Shown here: positions 43,417 through 53,491 of the stretch, piece after piece | Numbering within the stretch: position 1 is the stretch's first letter | How the letters are laid out: the number at the start of each line of letters is the position of its first letter | NCBI GenBank assembly: GCA_017626365.1 | Contig: JAGAIV010000042.1 | Coordinates: 6,126 to 70,125 of the forward strand | DNA from: Clostridia bacterium | GTDB lineage: Bacteria > Bacillota > Clostridia > TANB77 > CAG-508 | Direction of reading: 5' to 3' | Length of the DNA stretch: 64,000 nucleotides | The notes under the pieces: model-generated | Told to the model about the DNA's origin: nothing | Database searches by the model: none | Seen by the model: only the letters and a program-made list of their open reading frames with translations | Position numbers and translations under genes: made by a program

Positions 43417-43540
43417 GAGGAACATATAATCATAATTTTAATGGAGTGACCGACGAGCAGTGACATTAGTCAACAAATGGGAGCGAATGCGACCAGCGCA
43501 GGAATGGAACAAAATTAAAATTATGATTATATGTTTCTTC
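43417..43540. repeat. Long-stem intergenic hairpin element, copy 2
   Basis: Arms GAGGAACATATAATCATAATTTTAA / TTAAAATTATGATTATATGTTTCTTC enclose GGAGCGAATGCGACCAGCGCAGGAATGGA (27/29 identical to 18093-18121). Confidence 0.8.
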
Positions 43541-43573
43541 AAGCAACTATTAAAATAGAAAGGAAGAAAAATT

Positions 43574-44965
43574 ATGAATTTAAGAGAGAAAGTATACGAT
43601 TGGAAAAATCGTTTAAAAGATAGACATATGTTAAGTGTAATAGTAGTATTAGGAGCTATTATTATTGGATTAGGTCTATTCACCTATAAAAGAGAAAGAG
43701 ATTTTAGACAAGCATCAGAAAACTCATATAATTTAGCATTTTTTGAATTAGTTGACTATGTTCAAAATGTAGAAACATATCTTGCAAAATCTTTAATATC
43801 AACAACACCGGAACACGGAGCAGAGACTCTAACAAATCTTTGGAGAGAAGCAAACCTTGCACAAAGTAATTTAGCACAACTACCAATAGGTTCTCAAGAA
43901 TTAGAAAATACTTCAAAATTTTTAAACCAAGTAAGCGAATATAGTTACTCACTATCAAGAAAAAATATATATAATCAGCCACTAACACAAGAAGACTTAA
44001 AAAACCTAAAAGACCTACACAATTATAGTGTAGAACTAAATAACACATTAGTACAACTTTCATCAGACATGAATGATGGAAGAATTAGTTGGGGAGAATT
44101 AACCAAAAAAGGAACAACCGCATTTGCACAGCAAGTTAGCAATATCTCAAAAGATAGCTTTTCAGGAATAGAAGAAAACTTCCATGAATATGCAGGACTA
44201 ATATATGATGGAGCATTCTCAGAACATATGACAAATCCAGAAAGAAAAGGATTAACAGGAGAAAATATAGACGAAGAAGCAGCAAAACAAATTGCAAAAA
44301 AATTTTATGGAGAAGATAGAGTAGAAGAAATAACATCAAATGGATTATCCGAAAATGGAAACATTCCATCTTACGATTTCTATGTAAGACTAAAAAACAC
44401 AGATAAAGACCAAAATGCTAATATTTCTATTTCACAAAAAGGTGGACATATAGTATTTTCAAATTTTAATCGAGCGGTAGATGTAGAAACAATTAATCAA
44501 GAACAAGCAAATGAAATAGGAAAAAAATTTTTATCTGAAAAAGGATTTCCAAATATGAAAGAAACCTATTTCTTAAAACAAGAAGGGATTGTAACAATTA
44601 ACTATGCTTACGAACAAAATAATGTAACAATATATCCAGACTTAATAAAATTAAAAATAGCATTAGATAATGGAGAAGTATTAGGAATGGAGACAACGGG
44701 ATATTTAAACTCACATGAACAAAGAAATTTACCAAGTCCAAAAATAACAAAAGAAGAAGCAAAGAAAACATTAAATAAAGAGCTAGAAATTCTAAGTGAA
44801 GGACTAGCAATTATTCCAACGGAATATAAAACGGAAATATTATGTTGGGAATTTAAAGGTAAAGTAGATGGGACTGAATTTTTAGTATATATTAATGCAG
44901 AAAACGGAAGAGAAGAAGATATACTAGTTATCCAAAACACACCAAATGGAACTTTAACTATGTAA
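43574..44965 (+). CDS. ypeB: Germination protein YpeB (PepSY domains)
   Basis: ENSYNLAFFELVDYV, LAQLP, LIYDGAFSEH, YPDLIKLKIALDNGE, VYINAENGREE. Confidence 0.95.
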   Translation: MNLREKVYDWKNRLKDRHMLSVIVVLGAIIIGLGLFTYKRERDFRQASENSYNLAFFELVDYVQNVETYLAKSLISTTPEHGAETLTNLWREANLAQSNLAQLPIGSQELENTSKFLNQVSEYSYSLSRKNIYNQPLTQEDLKNLKDLHNYSVELNNTLVQLSSDMNDGRISWGELTKKGTTAFAQQVSNISKDSFSGIEENFHEYAGLIYDGAFSEHMTNPERKGLTGENIDEEAAKQIAKKFYGEDRVEEITSNGLSENGNIPSYDFYVRLKNTDKDQNANISISQKGGHIVFSNFNRAVDVETINQEQANEIGKKFLSEKGFPNMKETYFLKQEGIVTINYAYEQNNVTIYPDLIKLKIALDNGEVLGMETTGYLNSHEQRNLPSPKITKEEAKKTLNKELEILSEGLAIIPTEYKTEILCWEFKGKVDGTEFLVYINAENGREEDILVIQNTPNGTLTM

Positions 44966-45033
44966 ACTTTATATTGAAAATAAAATATAGTTATATTATA
45001 ATATAGATAGTAAATAAACAAAGGAAGATAATA

Positions 45034-45918
45034 ATGAAATTAAAAGATTTTTTACTATTTATACCAAGAGGAGCTATTGCTACATTTACTAAAATATATA
45101 GAGAAAACATTGAAAGTGAGTTATTAGAATATATCAACCAACAAGGACTATATCATGTGGTACCTAATGAAGAAATAGCACAAAAAATAATAACATCACA
45201 AAAAGTAAAAGCAAGTAAAAGTAGAATTAATTCATATGGAAGTCGCGTATGCTGTATGTTTGCGGGTATGCCAGAGGTAGATAATTATATAAAAAATTTA
45301 GTATATTCAAGCAGTGACAATATATTACTTCATCCAGAAAAAATTATACATGCAGTAAAATTTCCAATAGAAGAATCTGAATATAATAAATTTAAAATAA
45401 GAAGCTTAGCAGATAATGTCATACTTCATGAAGGAGATTGCCAAATTCCAAAAGAAAAAATTGAAGTAAAACAATTAGTGTTAGATATTATAAAGGATGA
45501 AAGCGGTAAAGAAATATTAGGATTTAGAGAACGTACACAAGAAGAAATACTACAAAATAAAGATAAACATATACCATCACCACAATGTTTGCAAGAAGTA
45601 GAAAAACAACAAGCAGAAAATGGTTATTATAAAAGAGATTTTTTTGGAATAAAAAATACTATAAATGGAGTAATACATCAACAAAAATTAGAAGAAGATT
45701 ACTATAAAAAAGGAATAGGTAATTTTTTTAGCAGATTGATTAGTAAAATAAAAAATAAAATCCAAATATCGGAAACAAAAGGAATTCCAGAAGTTTCAAG
45801 TTATAAAGAAGAAATGAGAAAATTTAAAAACACATTAGAGCAAAATGTTGATCCACTAAATATTGATAAAATTATGTCTGAACCACAAACAACTAAACAA
45901 ATAACAAGAGAAGAATAA
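45034..45918 (+). CDS. Hypothetical protein
   Basis: 294-aa ORF with RBS; no recognisable family. Confidence 0.7.
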   Translation: MKLKDFLLFIPRGAIATFTKIYRENIESELLEYINQQGLYHVVPNEEIAQKIITSQKVKASKSRINSYGSRVCCMFAGMPEVDNYIKNLVYSSSDNILLHPEKIIHAVKFPIEESEYNKFKIRSLADNVILHEGDCQIPKEKIEVKQLVLDIIKDESGKEILGFRERTQEEILQNKDKHIPSPQCLQEVEKQQAENGYYKRDFFGIKNTINGVIHQQKLEEDYYKKGIGNFFSRLISKIKNKIQISETKGIPEVSSYKEEMRKFKNTLEQNVDPLNIDKIMSEPQTTKQITREE

Positions 45919-46069
45919 AAAATTACCATGTAAAAAAAACAAAAAAATGTGCATACTAGAATTATGAAAATACAAAAAATTAAAAACCATCAATTTATTT
46001 GATATTAGATAAAAAGAATTTTTAAGTATTTTCATAGAATATAAATCCTAAAAATAGGAGGTATGCATT

Positions 46070-46246
46070 ATGTCTAGAAATTCAAAGTTAATCTCAAATG
46101 AATTAAGAGAAGAGATTGCAAAAGAATTAGGGGTATATGATACAGTAAAACAAGATGGTGGTAGCTGGGCAAATGTTTCTTCAAAAGATTGTGGAAACAT
46201 TGTAACAAAAGCTATTGAAATCGCAAACAGAAGCGTGCAAAAATAA
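46070..46246 (+). CDS. Small acid-soluble spore protein (alpha/beta, SspF-like); not in ORF track
   Basis: AGGAGG RBS; MSRNSKLISNELREEIAKELGVYDTVKQDGGSWANVSSKDCGNIVTKAIEIANRSVQK*. Confidence 0.9.
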   Translation: MSRNSKLISNELREEIAKELGVYDTVKQDGGSWANVSSKDCGNIVTKAIEIANRSVQK

Positions 46247-46254
46247 TAAGTATT

Positions 46255-46288
46255 AGAAGAAAGCATAATATTATGCTTTCTTCTTTTT
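46255..46288 (+). terminator. Intrinsic terminator after SASP gene
   Basis: AGAAGAAAGCATAA-ta-TTATGCTTTCTTCT-TTTT. Confidence 0.85.
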
Positions 46289-46358
46289 ATATAAAAATAC
46301 CTATAATAAACTTTACGAATTGCAAAAATAAGTATATACTATATAAAAATTGAAATAG

Positions 46359-46940
46359 GTGAAAAATATGAAATACGAAGAAATTGAAAAAATAGTAAAA
46401 GAAACATTATCCGAAAAAAGGTACAATCACTCAGTAGGGGTTGCCAAACGTGCCGTAGAGCTTGCTAAAATTTATGGAGAAGATGAAGAAAAAGCAAAAA
46501 TGATTGGAATTGTACACGACATTGCAAAACAAATGCCAAAAGAAGAAGCACTTCTCTATGCAAAAGAAAATGGAATTGTTTTTGATGAAATTGAAGAAAA
46601 AGAACCTAGTTTATGGCATTCTAAACTAGGAGCTGATATTGCAAAAAAGAAATTTGGATTTACAGAGGAGATGGCGCAAGCAATTTTATATCATACTACT
46701 GGAAATGTTAATATGAAAATTATGGATAAAATTATTTATCTAGCAGATAAAACAGAAGAAGGTAGAAATTATATAGACTTAGAATTAGCAAGGAATATTA
46801 GTAATAGAGATATTGATGAAGGCGTACTATATGTTGCTAAAGTTGCCATAGAATATAGTTTGAAAAAGAATAGCCTAATTCATCCAGATACGATATACTT
46901 AATCAATCAGCTAATCGAAGAAAAAGAGAATAAAAAATGA
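46359..46940 (+). CDS. yqeK: HD-domain Ap4A hydrolase YqeK
   Basis: KRYNHSVGV, HDIAK, WHSKLGA, YHTTG, YLADKTEEGR. Confidence 0.93.
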   Translation: MKNMKYEEIEKIVKETLSEKRYNHSVGVAKRAVELAKIYGEDEEKAKMIGIVHDIAKQMPKEEALLYAKENGIVFDEIEEKEPSLWHSKLGADIAKKKFGFTEEMAQAILYHTTGNVNMKIMDKIIYLADKTEEGRNYIDLELARNISNRDIDEGVLYVAKVAIEYSLKKNSLIHPDTIYLINQLIEEKENKK

Positions 46941-47031
46941 TAAAAATAATATATTAAATATAGAGAATCGAGCATATTTTATTGATTTTTTTGTGGTATT
47001 ATTATAAAATACTAGAAAATGAACAAATAGG

Positions 47032-47799
47032 GTGAGAATATTGCAAATAGATATAAATGGATATAAAATTAACTATGAAGTAGAAGGCGAAGGAAAAAAT
47101 GTAATTTTATTACATGGTTGGCTTGCAAGTCTAGAAACAATGAAACCAATCGCAAATCATTTAAAAAAACATTTTAAAGTATATAATATAGATGTGATTG
47201 GATTTGGAAAAAGTGATCTACCAAGAGAACCACTACATACAGAAGATTTTGGAAACTTCTTACATGAATTTATCAAAACATTAAAAATAGAAAATCCTAT
47301 TTTAATAGGACATTCCAATGGAGGAAGAACCATACTAAATTATGCAAGTAGGCAACTTGGAAAAATAAATAAAATTGTTCTAATTGATTCAGCGGGAATT
47401 AAACCAAAAAGAAAAATAAGTTATTATATAAAAATATATACATTTAAAGCTTTAAAAAAATTATTGCCAAATACGGAGAAAACAAAGAAACTACGTGAGA
47501 AAGTTTTAGGAAAATTTGGTTCAACCGATTATAAAAATTCGCCAGAAGTCTTAAGAAAAACAATGTCTATTATATTAAATGAAGATATAAGAGAACAATT
47601 ACCTAATATTCAAGCGCCTACGTTATTAATATGGGGAGAAAATGATACAGCAACACCAATACGAGATGCAAAAATTATGGAAAAATTGATACCAAATGCG
47701 GGATTAGTAACATATAAGCAAGCAGGTCATTTTTCATATTTAGATTATTTACCAAATTTCTTAACAGTACTAGATGAATTTTTTAAAAATGATTACTAA
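47032..47799 (+). CDS. Alpha/beta-fold hydrolase
   Basis: LHGW, GHSNGG nucleophile elbow, WGENDTATP, GHFSY. Confidence 0.92.
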   Translation: MRILQIDINGYKINYEVEGEGKNVILLHGWLASLETMKPIANHLKKHFKVYNIDVIGFGKSDLPREPLHTEDFGNFLHEFIKTLKIENPILIGHSNGGRTILNYASRQLGKINKIVLIDSAGIKPKRKISYYIKIYTFKALKKLLPNTEKTKKLREKVLGKFGSTDYKNSPEVLRKTMSIILNEDIREQLPNIQAPTLLIWGENDTATPIRDAKIMEKLIPNAGLVTYKQAGHFSYLDYLPNFLTVLDEFFKNDY

Positions 47800-47810
47800 T
47801 AGGGGGAAAT

Positions 47811-49388
47811 ATGTTAGAATATACACTTATCAATATTTTGTGGGTTATAGGATTTATTTACTTAAACCGTAAACTGCGAAATGGATTTCATATATTACAA
47901 TTAGAACATTACAAAATAAAAGCATATAAAGAATGGATGAAAAAACATGCTAGCAAAGTATGGGATCTAAAAGAATTAATACTATTTATACCAATTGTTA
48001 TAGCAATATTTAGTGTAAATATAGGTCTTATAGTAGGAATAATAATATTGATATTATTTAATTTATTATATAAAAAAGACCAAGAAAAAAAAGCATTTGT
48101 AATAACAAATAGAATCAAAAGAATGTATGCAACAAATGCAGTATTAAATATTATTATGCTAATATTATTAAACGTATTTTTATCAAACCAATATGGAGTT
48201 TTAGTGATTGGCATCATATCTATTTTATATATAATATGTAGTTATTCAATAATTATATTAATCAATACTATAAACCAACCAATAGAAAAATTAATTCAAA
48301 AAAAATTCTATAAACAAGCAGAAAAAAAATTACAAAACCACAACAATTTGAAAGTAATTGGCATTACAGGAAGTTATGGAAAAACAAGTACAAAGTATAT
48401 CGTATCAACAATACTAGAACAAAAATATAATGTACTAATGACACCAGAAAGTTATAATACAACTATGGGGGTTGTTAGAACAATTAATGAAAAATTAAGA
48501 CCAGAACATCAGATTTTTGTTTGCGAAATGGGAGCAAGGAACATTGGAGATATTAAAGAAATCTGTGACCTTGTAAAACCTAAATATGGAATATTAACAT
48601 CAATAGGACCACAACACTTAGATACATTTCAAACAATTGAAAATGTAAAAAAGACGAAAATGGAGCTAGTAGATTCGTTACCGAATGAAGGCATAGCATT
48701 TGTAAATGAAGAAGATGAAAACATCCAAACCATAACAATCGAGAAAAAGCATATAAAATATGGATTAAATCAAACAAAATGTGATTATTATGCAGACAAT
48801 ATTGAAATCAATGAAAATGGTTGTATTTTTGAAGTACATACCCAAGAAGGAAATACAATTCGAGTAAAAACAAAGTTATTAGGAAGCAATAATATTTTAA
48901 ATATTGTAGGTGCTATTTGTGTAGCAAAAGAATTAGGATTAACAGATGAAGAGATTAGGCAGGGAGTACGTTTATTAAAACCAATACCACATAGACTAGA
49001 ACTAATTCAAGGTGCAAACGGACTTATCATGATAGATGATGCTTTTAATTCCAATGTAAAAGGAGCAAAATCTGCATTAGAAATATTAGCTACATTTCAA
49101 AATCGTAAAAAAATTCTAGTTACTCCAGGAATGGTAGAACTAGGAGATAAGCAATATGAATACAATAAAAGATTTGGAGAGCAAGCAGCAGATTGTGCAG
49201 ATTATATTATTTTAGTAGGACAAAAGCAAGCAGAGCCTATTTTTGATGGACTAAAAGAAAAAAAATATCCAGAAAAATGTATTTATATTGCACAAAACTT
49301 AGAAGATGCAATTAAAAAAATGAATCAAGAAATTACAAAAGATACCGTGGTTTTATTAGAAAACGATTTACCAGATAATTATTTATAG
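47811..49388 (+). CDS. murF: UDP-MurNAc-tripeptide--D-Ala-D-Ala ligase with N-terminal membrane domain
   Basis: GITGSYGKTSTK, SYNT..G, EMGAR, HRLE, DDAFNSN, TPGMVELG; adjacent to ddl. Confidence 0.88.
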   Translation: MLEYTLINILWVIGFIYLNRKLRNGFHILQLEHYKIKAYKEWMKKHASKVWDLKELILFIPIVIAIFSVNIGLIVGIIILILFNLLYKKDQEKKAFVITNRIKRMYATNAVLNIIMLILLNVFLSNQYGVLVIGIISILYIICSYSIIILINTINQPIEKLIQKKFYKQAEKKLQNHNNLKVIGITGSYGKTSTKYIVSTILEQKYNVLMTPESYNTTMGVVRTINEKLRPEHQIFVCEMGARNIGDIKEICDLVKPKYGILTSIGPQHLDTFQTIENVKKTKMELVDSLPNEGIAFVNEEDENIQTITIEKKHIKYGLNQTKCDYYADNIEINENGCIFEVHTQEGNTIRVKTKLLGSNNILNIVGAICVAKELGLTDEEIRQGVRLLKPIPHRLELIQGANGLIMIDDAFNSNVKGAKSALEILATFQNRKKILVTPGMVELGDKQYEYNKRFGEQAADCADYIILVGQKQAEPIFDGLKEKKYPEKCIYIAQNLEDAIKKMNQEITKDTVVLLENDLPDNYL

Positions 49389-49401
49389 AAAGGGTGAAAA
49401 T

Positions 49402-50589
49402 ATGAAAACAAAATTAGGACTTATCTTTGGAGGAAGAAGTGTTGAACACGAGGTTTCCATTATTACAGCGATTGAAACCATCAATCATATGGACCAAGAA
49501 AAATATGAAATTATTCCAATATATATTAGCAAACAAGGATTGATGTATACAGGAGAGGAATTATTTGATTTAGAAGCATACAAAAATATGGATGAATTAA
49601 TGAAAAAAATAACACAAATCAATATGGTAAATGATGGAACAAAAGTAAATATTGTTCGTTATCCAGCAAAAAAATTCGGAGAAAATGTTATCAATCAAAT
49701 TGATGTAGCATTCCCAGTAATGCATGGAACTAACGGAGAAGATGGAACAATTGCAGGATATTTAGAATTAGTTAATGTACCATATATTGGATGCGATATA
49801 TTATCTGCTAGTATCGGAATGGACAAAATCATGATGAGAAAAGTGTTAAAAGAATCAGGATTACCATGTTTAGACTATGTATCCTTCTATACAATGGACT
49901 ACATTAGAAACGAAAACAAATATATCGAAGAAATCAATGAAAAGTTAAGATATCCTGTTATTGTAAAAGCAGGAAACCTTGGGTCTAGTGTAGGAATTAA
50001 GAAAGCAAATTCAAAAGAAGATATTGCAGAAGCAATTGAATTTGCAATGCAATTTTCAGACAGAATTATGGTAGAAAATGCTATTGTAAATTTAAGAGAA
50101 ATTAACTGTTCTGTTATAGGAGATATGACAGATGCTGAAAGCTCAGAATGTGAAGAACCAATTTCTAGTGATGAAATATTAAGTTATACAGATAAATATC
50201 TAGGAGGCTCAAAAACTGAAGGAATGGCTGCTTCTGATAAAAAATTACCAGCAGATATCCCAAGCGATATGAGAGATAACATTAGGGAATTAGCAGTAGC
50301 TACTTTTAAAACATTAGGATGTAGTGGTGTTGCAAGAGTTGACTTCCTTGTTGATAAAGATACTAACGAGGTATTTATTAACGAAATTAATACCATACCA
50401 GGAGCATTATCTTATTACTTATGGGAAGCTACAAATAAACCATTTACAAAAGAAATTGATGAATTAGTAGAATTAGCTTATAAGAGACAAAGACAAAGAG
50501 AAAATAGAGTTTATTCCTATGACCAAAATATTTTAGCATTAGTTTCAAATGGTAAATTTAAAGGAAGCAAAGGTGCAAAATGCAAGTAA
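49402..50589 (+). CDS. ddl: D-alanine--D-alanine ligase
   Basis: GGRSVEHEVS, HGTNGEDG, LGSSVGI, ARVDF, NEINTIPG. Confidence 0.96.
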   Translation: MKTKLGLIFGGRSVEHEVSIITAIETINHMDQEKYEIIPIYISKQGLMYTGEELFDLEAYKNMDELMKKITQINMVNDGTKVNIVRYPAKKFGENVINQIDVAFPVMHGTNGEDGTIAGYLELVNVPYIGCDILSASIGMDKIMMRKVLKESGLPCLDYVSFYTMDYIRNENKYIEEINEKLRYPVIVKAGNLGSSVGIKKANSKEDIAEAIEFAMQFSDRIMVENAIVNLREINCSVIGDMTDAESSECEEPISSDEILSYTDKYLGGSKTEGMAASDKKLPADIPSDMRDNIRELAVATFKTLGCSGVARVDFLVDKDTNEVFINEINTIPGALSYYLWEATNKPFTKEIDELVELAYKRQRQRENRVYSYDQNILALVSNGKFKGSKGAKCK

Positions 50590-50966
50590 AAATAGAAACA
50601 AAAACAATACAAACAATTGAGGGAAAACAAGAAATTATAAAACAATCAGGAAATGGAACTATTGAAAAATATGAAAAAGGTACCATTTTATCGTGGGATG
50701 TTGTAGAAGAAAATTTACATTTTAAAATGACAATCTTAGAAAATAAAATACTACTAAAAAACCAAACTCAAAATATGATTTTTGAATTAGGAAAAACGAC
50801 AAAATCCCAAATACAAACACAACATGGAAATCTAAACCTAAATATTACAACAAAACATATAGAAATCGTAAAGGACAAACAAATAAAAAAAATTCATTTA
50901 ATCTATGACATTCAAATAGAAAACATGGATTCATATGAAAATGAAATCGAAATAAATATAAAATAA
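50580..50966 (+). CDS. DUF1934-like beta-barrel protein
   Basis: MIFELGKTTKSQIQTQHGNLNL resembles the family's F..G......Y.T.YG motif. Confidence 0.6.
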   Translation: MQVKIETKTIQTIEGKQEIIKQSGNGTIEKYEKGTILSWDVVEENLHFKMTILENKILLKNQTQNMIFELGKTTKSQIQTQHGNLNLNITTKHIEIVKDKQIKKIHLIYDIQIENMDSYENEIEINIK

Positions 50967-51005
50967 ACAAAGTGGAGCTTTCATATTGAAGTTCCACTTT
51001 GTTTA
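50964..51005. terminator. Bidirectional terminator
   Basis: TAAACAAAGTGGAGCTT...AAGTTCCACTTTGTTTA. Confidence 0.8.
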
Positions 51006-51320
51006 TTCTTCTGATTCATCAAGAGGAATGGTGTCCTCCAATGAGTGATAGAACTTTTTACGAATATGACGAAACATTAATAGAAAACGAATTGAAAATA
51101 TGTGGAAAAATACGAACTTACGCGAAAAGGGTTTAATTTTAATAACTGAAAAGTCTACGCGATAATTAACATATTTTACTTCATCAATTGCTAATTTGAT
51201 ATCTATATCATTAATATCAAATTTTATTTCATCAATGAATAAAATAAAGTTCGTCCTTTCTACTATCTTCCGTTCAATTTTGTTTATGTCTTCGTCTGGT
51301 AGTTCTACTATGAAATTCAT
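51003..51320 (-). CDS. Hypothetical protein (contains an unshifted in-frame CGG)
   Basis: AAGGAGGT RBS, 105 aa, ends at a bidirectional terminator. Confidence 0.65.
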   Translation of the reverse strand: MNFIVELPDEDINKIERKIVERTNFILFIDEIKFDINDIDIKLAIDEVKYVNYRVDFSVIKIKPFSRKFVFFHIFSIRFLLMFRHIRKKFYHSLEDTIPLDESEE

Positions 51321-51482
51321 AGTATTACCTCCTTGTTGTATTCTACTATAGCCAATAGCAGTAATTCTATTATACTATAATTAACATAAAATTTCAAATT
51401 ATATTTTTTATTCACATATCTATTGAAATATAGCTATAATATTGATATAATAAACCTACCATTTATATGGGAGGATGTTGAA

Positions 51483-52425
51483 ATGATTTTTAAAGACTAT
51501 TATAAAATACTTCGGACTTGAAACCAATAAAGTAACAGTAGACCAAATTAAGCAAGCTTATCGTGAGCAAGCTAAAAAATATCATCCAGATGTAAACGTT
51601 GGAGACCGAGTTTCAGAAGAAAGATTTAAAGATATAAATGAAGCATACCGTGTTTTATCAAATGGAGTTTCAAGAAGAAAATACGATAGAATGTGGGTAA
51701 GCCGTATTGGAAATAGAAAAAAGAAACAAGCTTATGAAGAAAGCAAACGTGACAAAAATGCTGTGTTTAGTGATTTCTTTCATATGTTTTTTGGTGGTGA
51801 AATAGAAGAAGAGCAAGAAACATCTGTGAAAAAATCTAAAAAAAATCCACCAATAAAAGGAGAAAATATAGAAACAGCAATTTCTATCTCAGTAGAAGAG
51901 GCTTTTTACGGATTAAATAAAAAGATATCTTTGCGAACGGTTGATGGGAAAATGAAAACCTTTAATATAAAAGTCCCTGCAGGAATTCGAAATAATGAAA
52001 AAATCAGATTAATTGGGCAAGGAAAAGCAGGACAATTTGGTGGCAAAAACGGAGACTTGTTTATTAGAATCGAGATAGAAAAAGATAACAAATTTGAACT
52101 AGTAGGATATGATTTATATACATCATTATGTCTAACGCCATGGGAAGCAGCACTTGGAACAAGAGTTAGCCTAGAAGGAATTGATGATACGGTTTCTATT
52201 TATATACCAGCAGGAATTGAAAGTGGAGAAAAACTTCGTATTCCAGGAAAAGGCTATAAAGATGGAAAAGGTGGAAGAGGAGATTTAACAGCTACCATCA
52301 AAATAATGGTTCCAAAACAATTAAGCGATGAAGAAAAAGAAATATACGAAAAATTAAAAGAAATATCAACATTTAACCCTAGAAGCAGTGTTTATACAAG
52401 TAATAAAATAAATAAGGAAGCCTAA
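51483..52425 (+). CDS. DnaJ-class (CbpA-like) co-chaperone; needs +1 recoding at CGG 51513-51515 (about 313 aa)
   Basis: GGGAGG RBS, MIFKDYYKIL-[C]GGA-LETNKVTVDQIKQAYREQAKKYHPDVN...FKDINEAYRVL (J-domain HPD), then DnaJ C-terminal domain. Confidence 0.93.
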
Positions 52426-52556
52426 ACAGATAGTAAACATAAAATAAAAAGCAAAATATATTGACAATTAGCCCGAAAAAGGGTATAATTGAGTATAGTG
52501 GTATAAAAAAATGGACTACTATACATAGGATAAAAGTAAAAAGAGGGGTGTAAGGT

Positions 52557-53081
52557 ATGGAAACATGGCAAGGCAAGCATTTTAGCATAACAGACCCAAA
52601 AGATGTAAACACAGTAATTTACCAAATTAATAAAACAGGAAAGGAATTTTTAAACGATTCTCCAAAGTATACAGTTCAAAGATTAGACTACACAGAAGAA
52701 TTAAGAGGAGAACTAAAGCAAAAAACTTTTTTTGTAGATAATCCATCAGATGACTATGATCAGCTGGTTATATTATCGTTTGGTAAAGAAAAGGTTGTTG
52801 TAAATATGGCTCTTTTAGAAGGAACCAAAATAACCATATCCAAAAAACCAATGCCACTAAAATTTGACACAATTTATTCGGAAAATGAATCGGTATACAA
52901 AGAATTTAAATATACACCGAATTTAGAAAGACCGATATCAATTATAGATCCAGAAACTACAGAAGAAGTCAAGCCAGTTGTTTACCTTGACGAAAAAACC
53001 AATGAAGTAAAAGGAAAATGCAAATTAAAAGCAAATAAGCCATATTTTGCATTTGAAATTAGAGATAAAAAAGAAGATTAG
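52557..53081 (+). CDS. Hypothetical protein, first gene of the virD4 operon
   Basis: 174-aa ORF after TTGACA-17-TATAAT (about 52461-52489). Confidence 0.75.
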   Translation: METWQGKHFSITDPKDVNTVIYQINKTGKEFLNDSPKYTVQRLDYTEELRGELKQKTFFVDNPSDDYDQLVILSFGKEKVVVNMALLEGTKITISKKPMPLKFDTIYSENESVYKEFKYTPNLERPISIIDPETTEEVKPVVYLDEKTNEVKGKCKLKANKPYFAFEIRDKKED

Positions 53082-53099
53082 AAAAGGGAGAGGTAATTA

Positions 53100-53468
53100 A
53101 TGAGTACTACAAATGTAGAGAATAATCCAGGACCAGCATCAATTATTATTGTTAGCGGAGAAAAAAATTTGGAAGTTGCATGTTCAATGATTATGGGAGA
53201 AGAAGATGTATTAAAAAATCCTTTAAACATAACAGATGCAGGAATCCATACTTGTGAATTTGATGAAAGCAAAAAAATTGCTAGAAGAAAATATGATGGA
53301 AAAGTAGAAAAAGCAAATTTTGATATTATGAAACAAGAATTAGATACTAGAGAAAAACAAGGAAGAAATGTGGAAGTAATATCAGAAGAAGAATTAGCAA
53401 AAAAAGGTTCTTATATTGCAGATGATGGAACAATCATAAGAACACAACAAGTAGGTATGGACAGATAA
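53100..53468 (+). CDS. Hypothetical protein
   Basis: 122-aa ORF with RBS, between the previous gene and virD4. Confidence 0.72.
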   Translation: MSTTNVENNPGPASIIIVSGEKNLEVACSMIMGEEDVLKNPLNITDAGIHTCEFDESKKIARRKYDGKVEKANFDIMKQELDTREKQGRNVEVISEEELAKKGSYIADDGTIIRTQQVGMDR

Positions 53469-53491
53469 TACCAAAGAAGAGGTGAAACCTT

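Noticed and set aside
46048-46266. Minus-strand 72-aa ORF
   Set aside because: Antisense to the real plus-strand SASP gene at 46070..46246.
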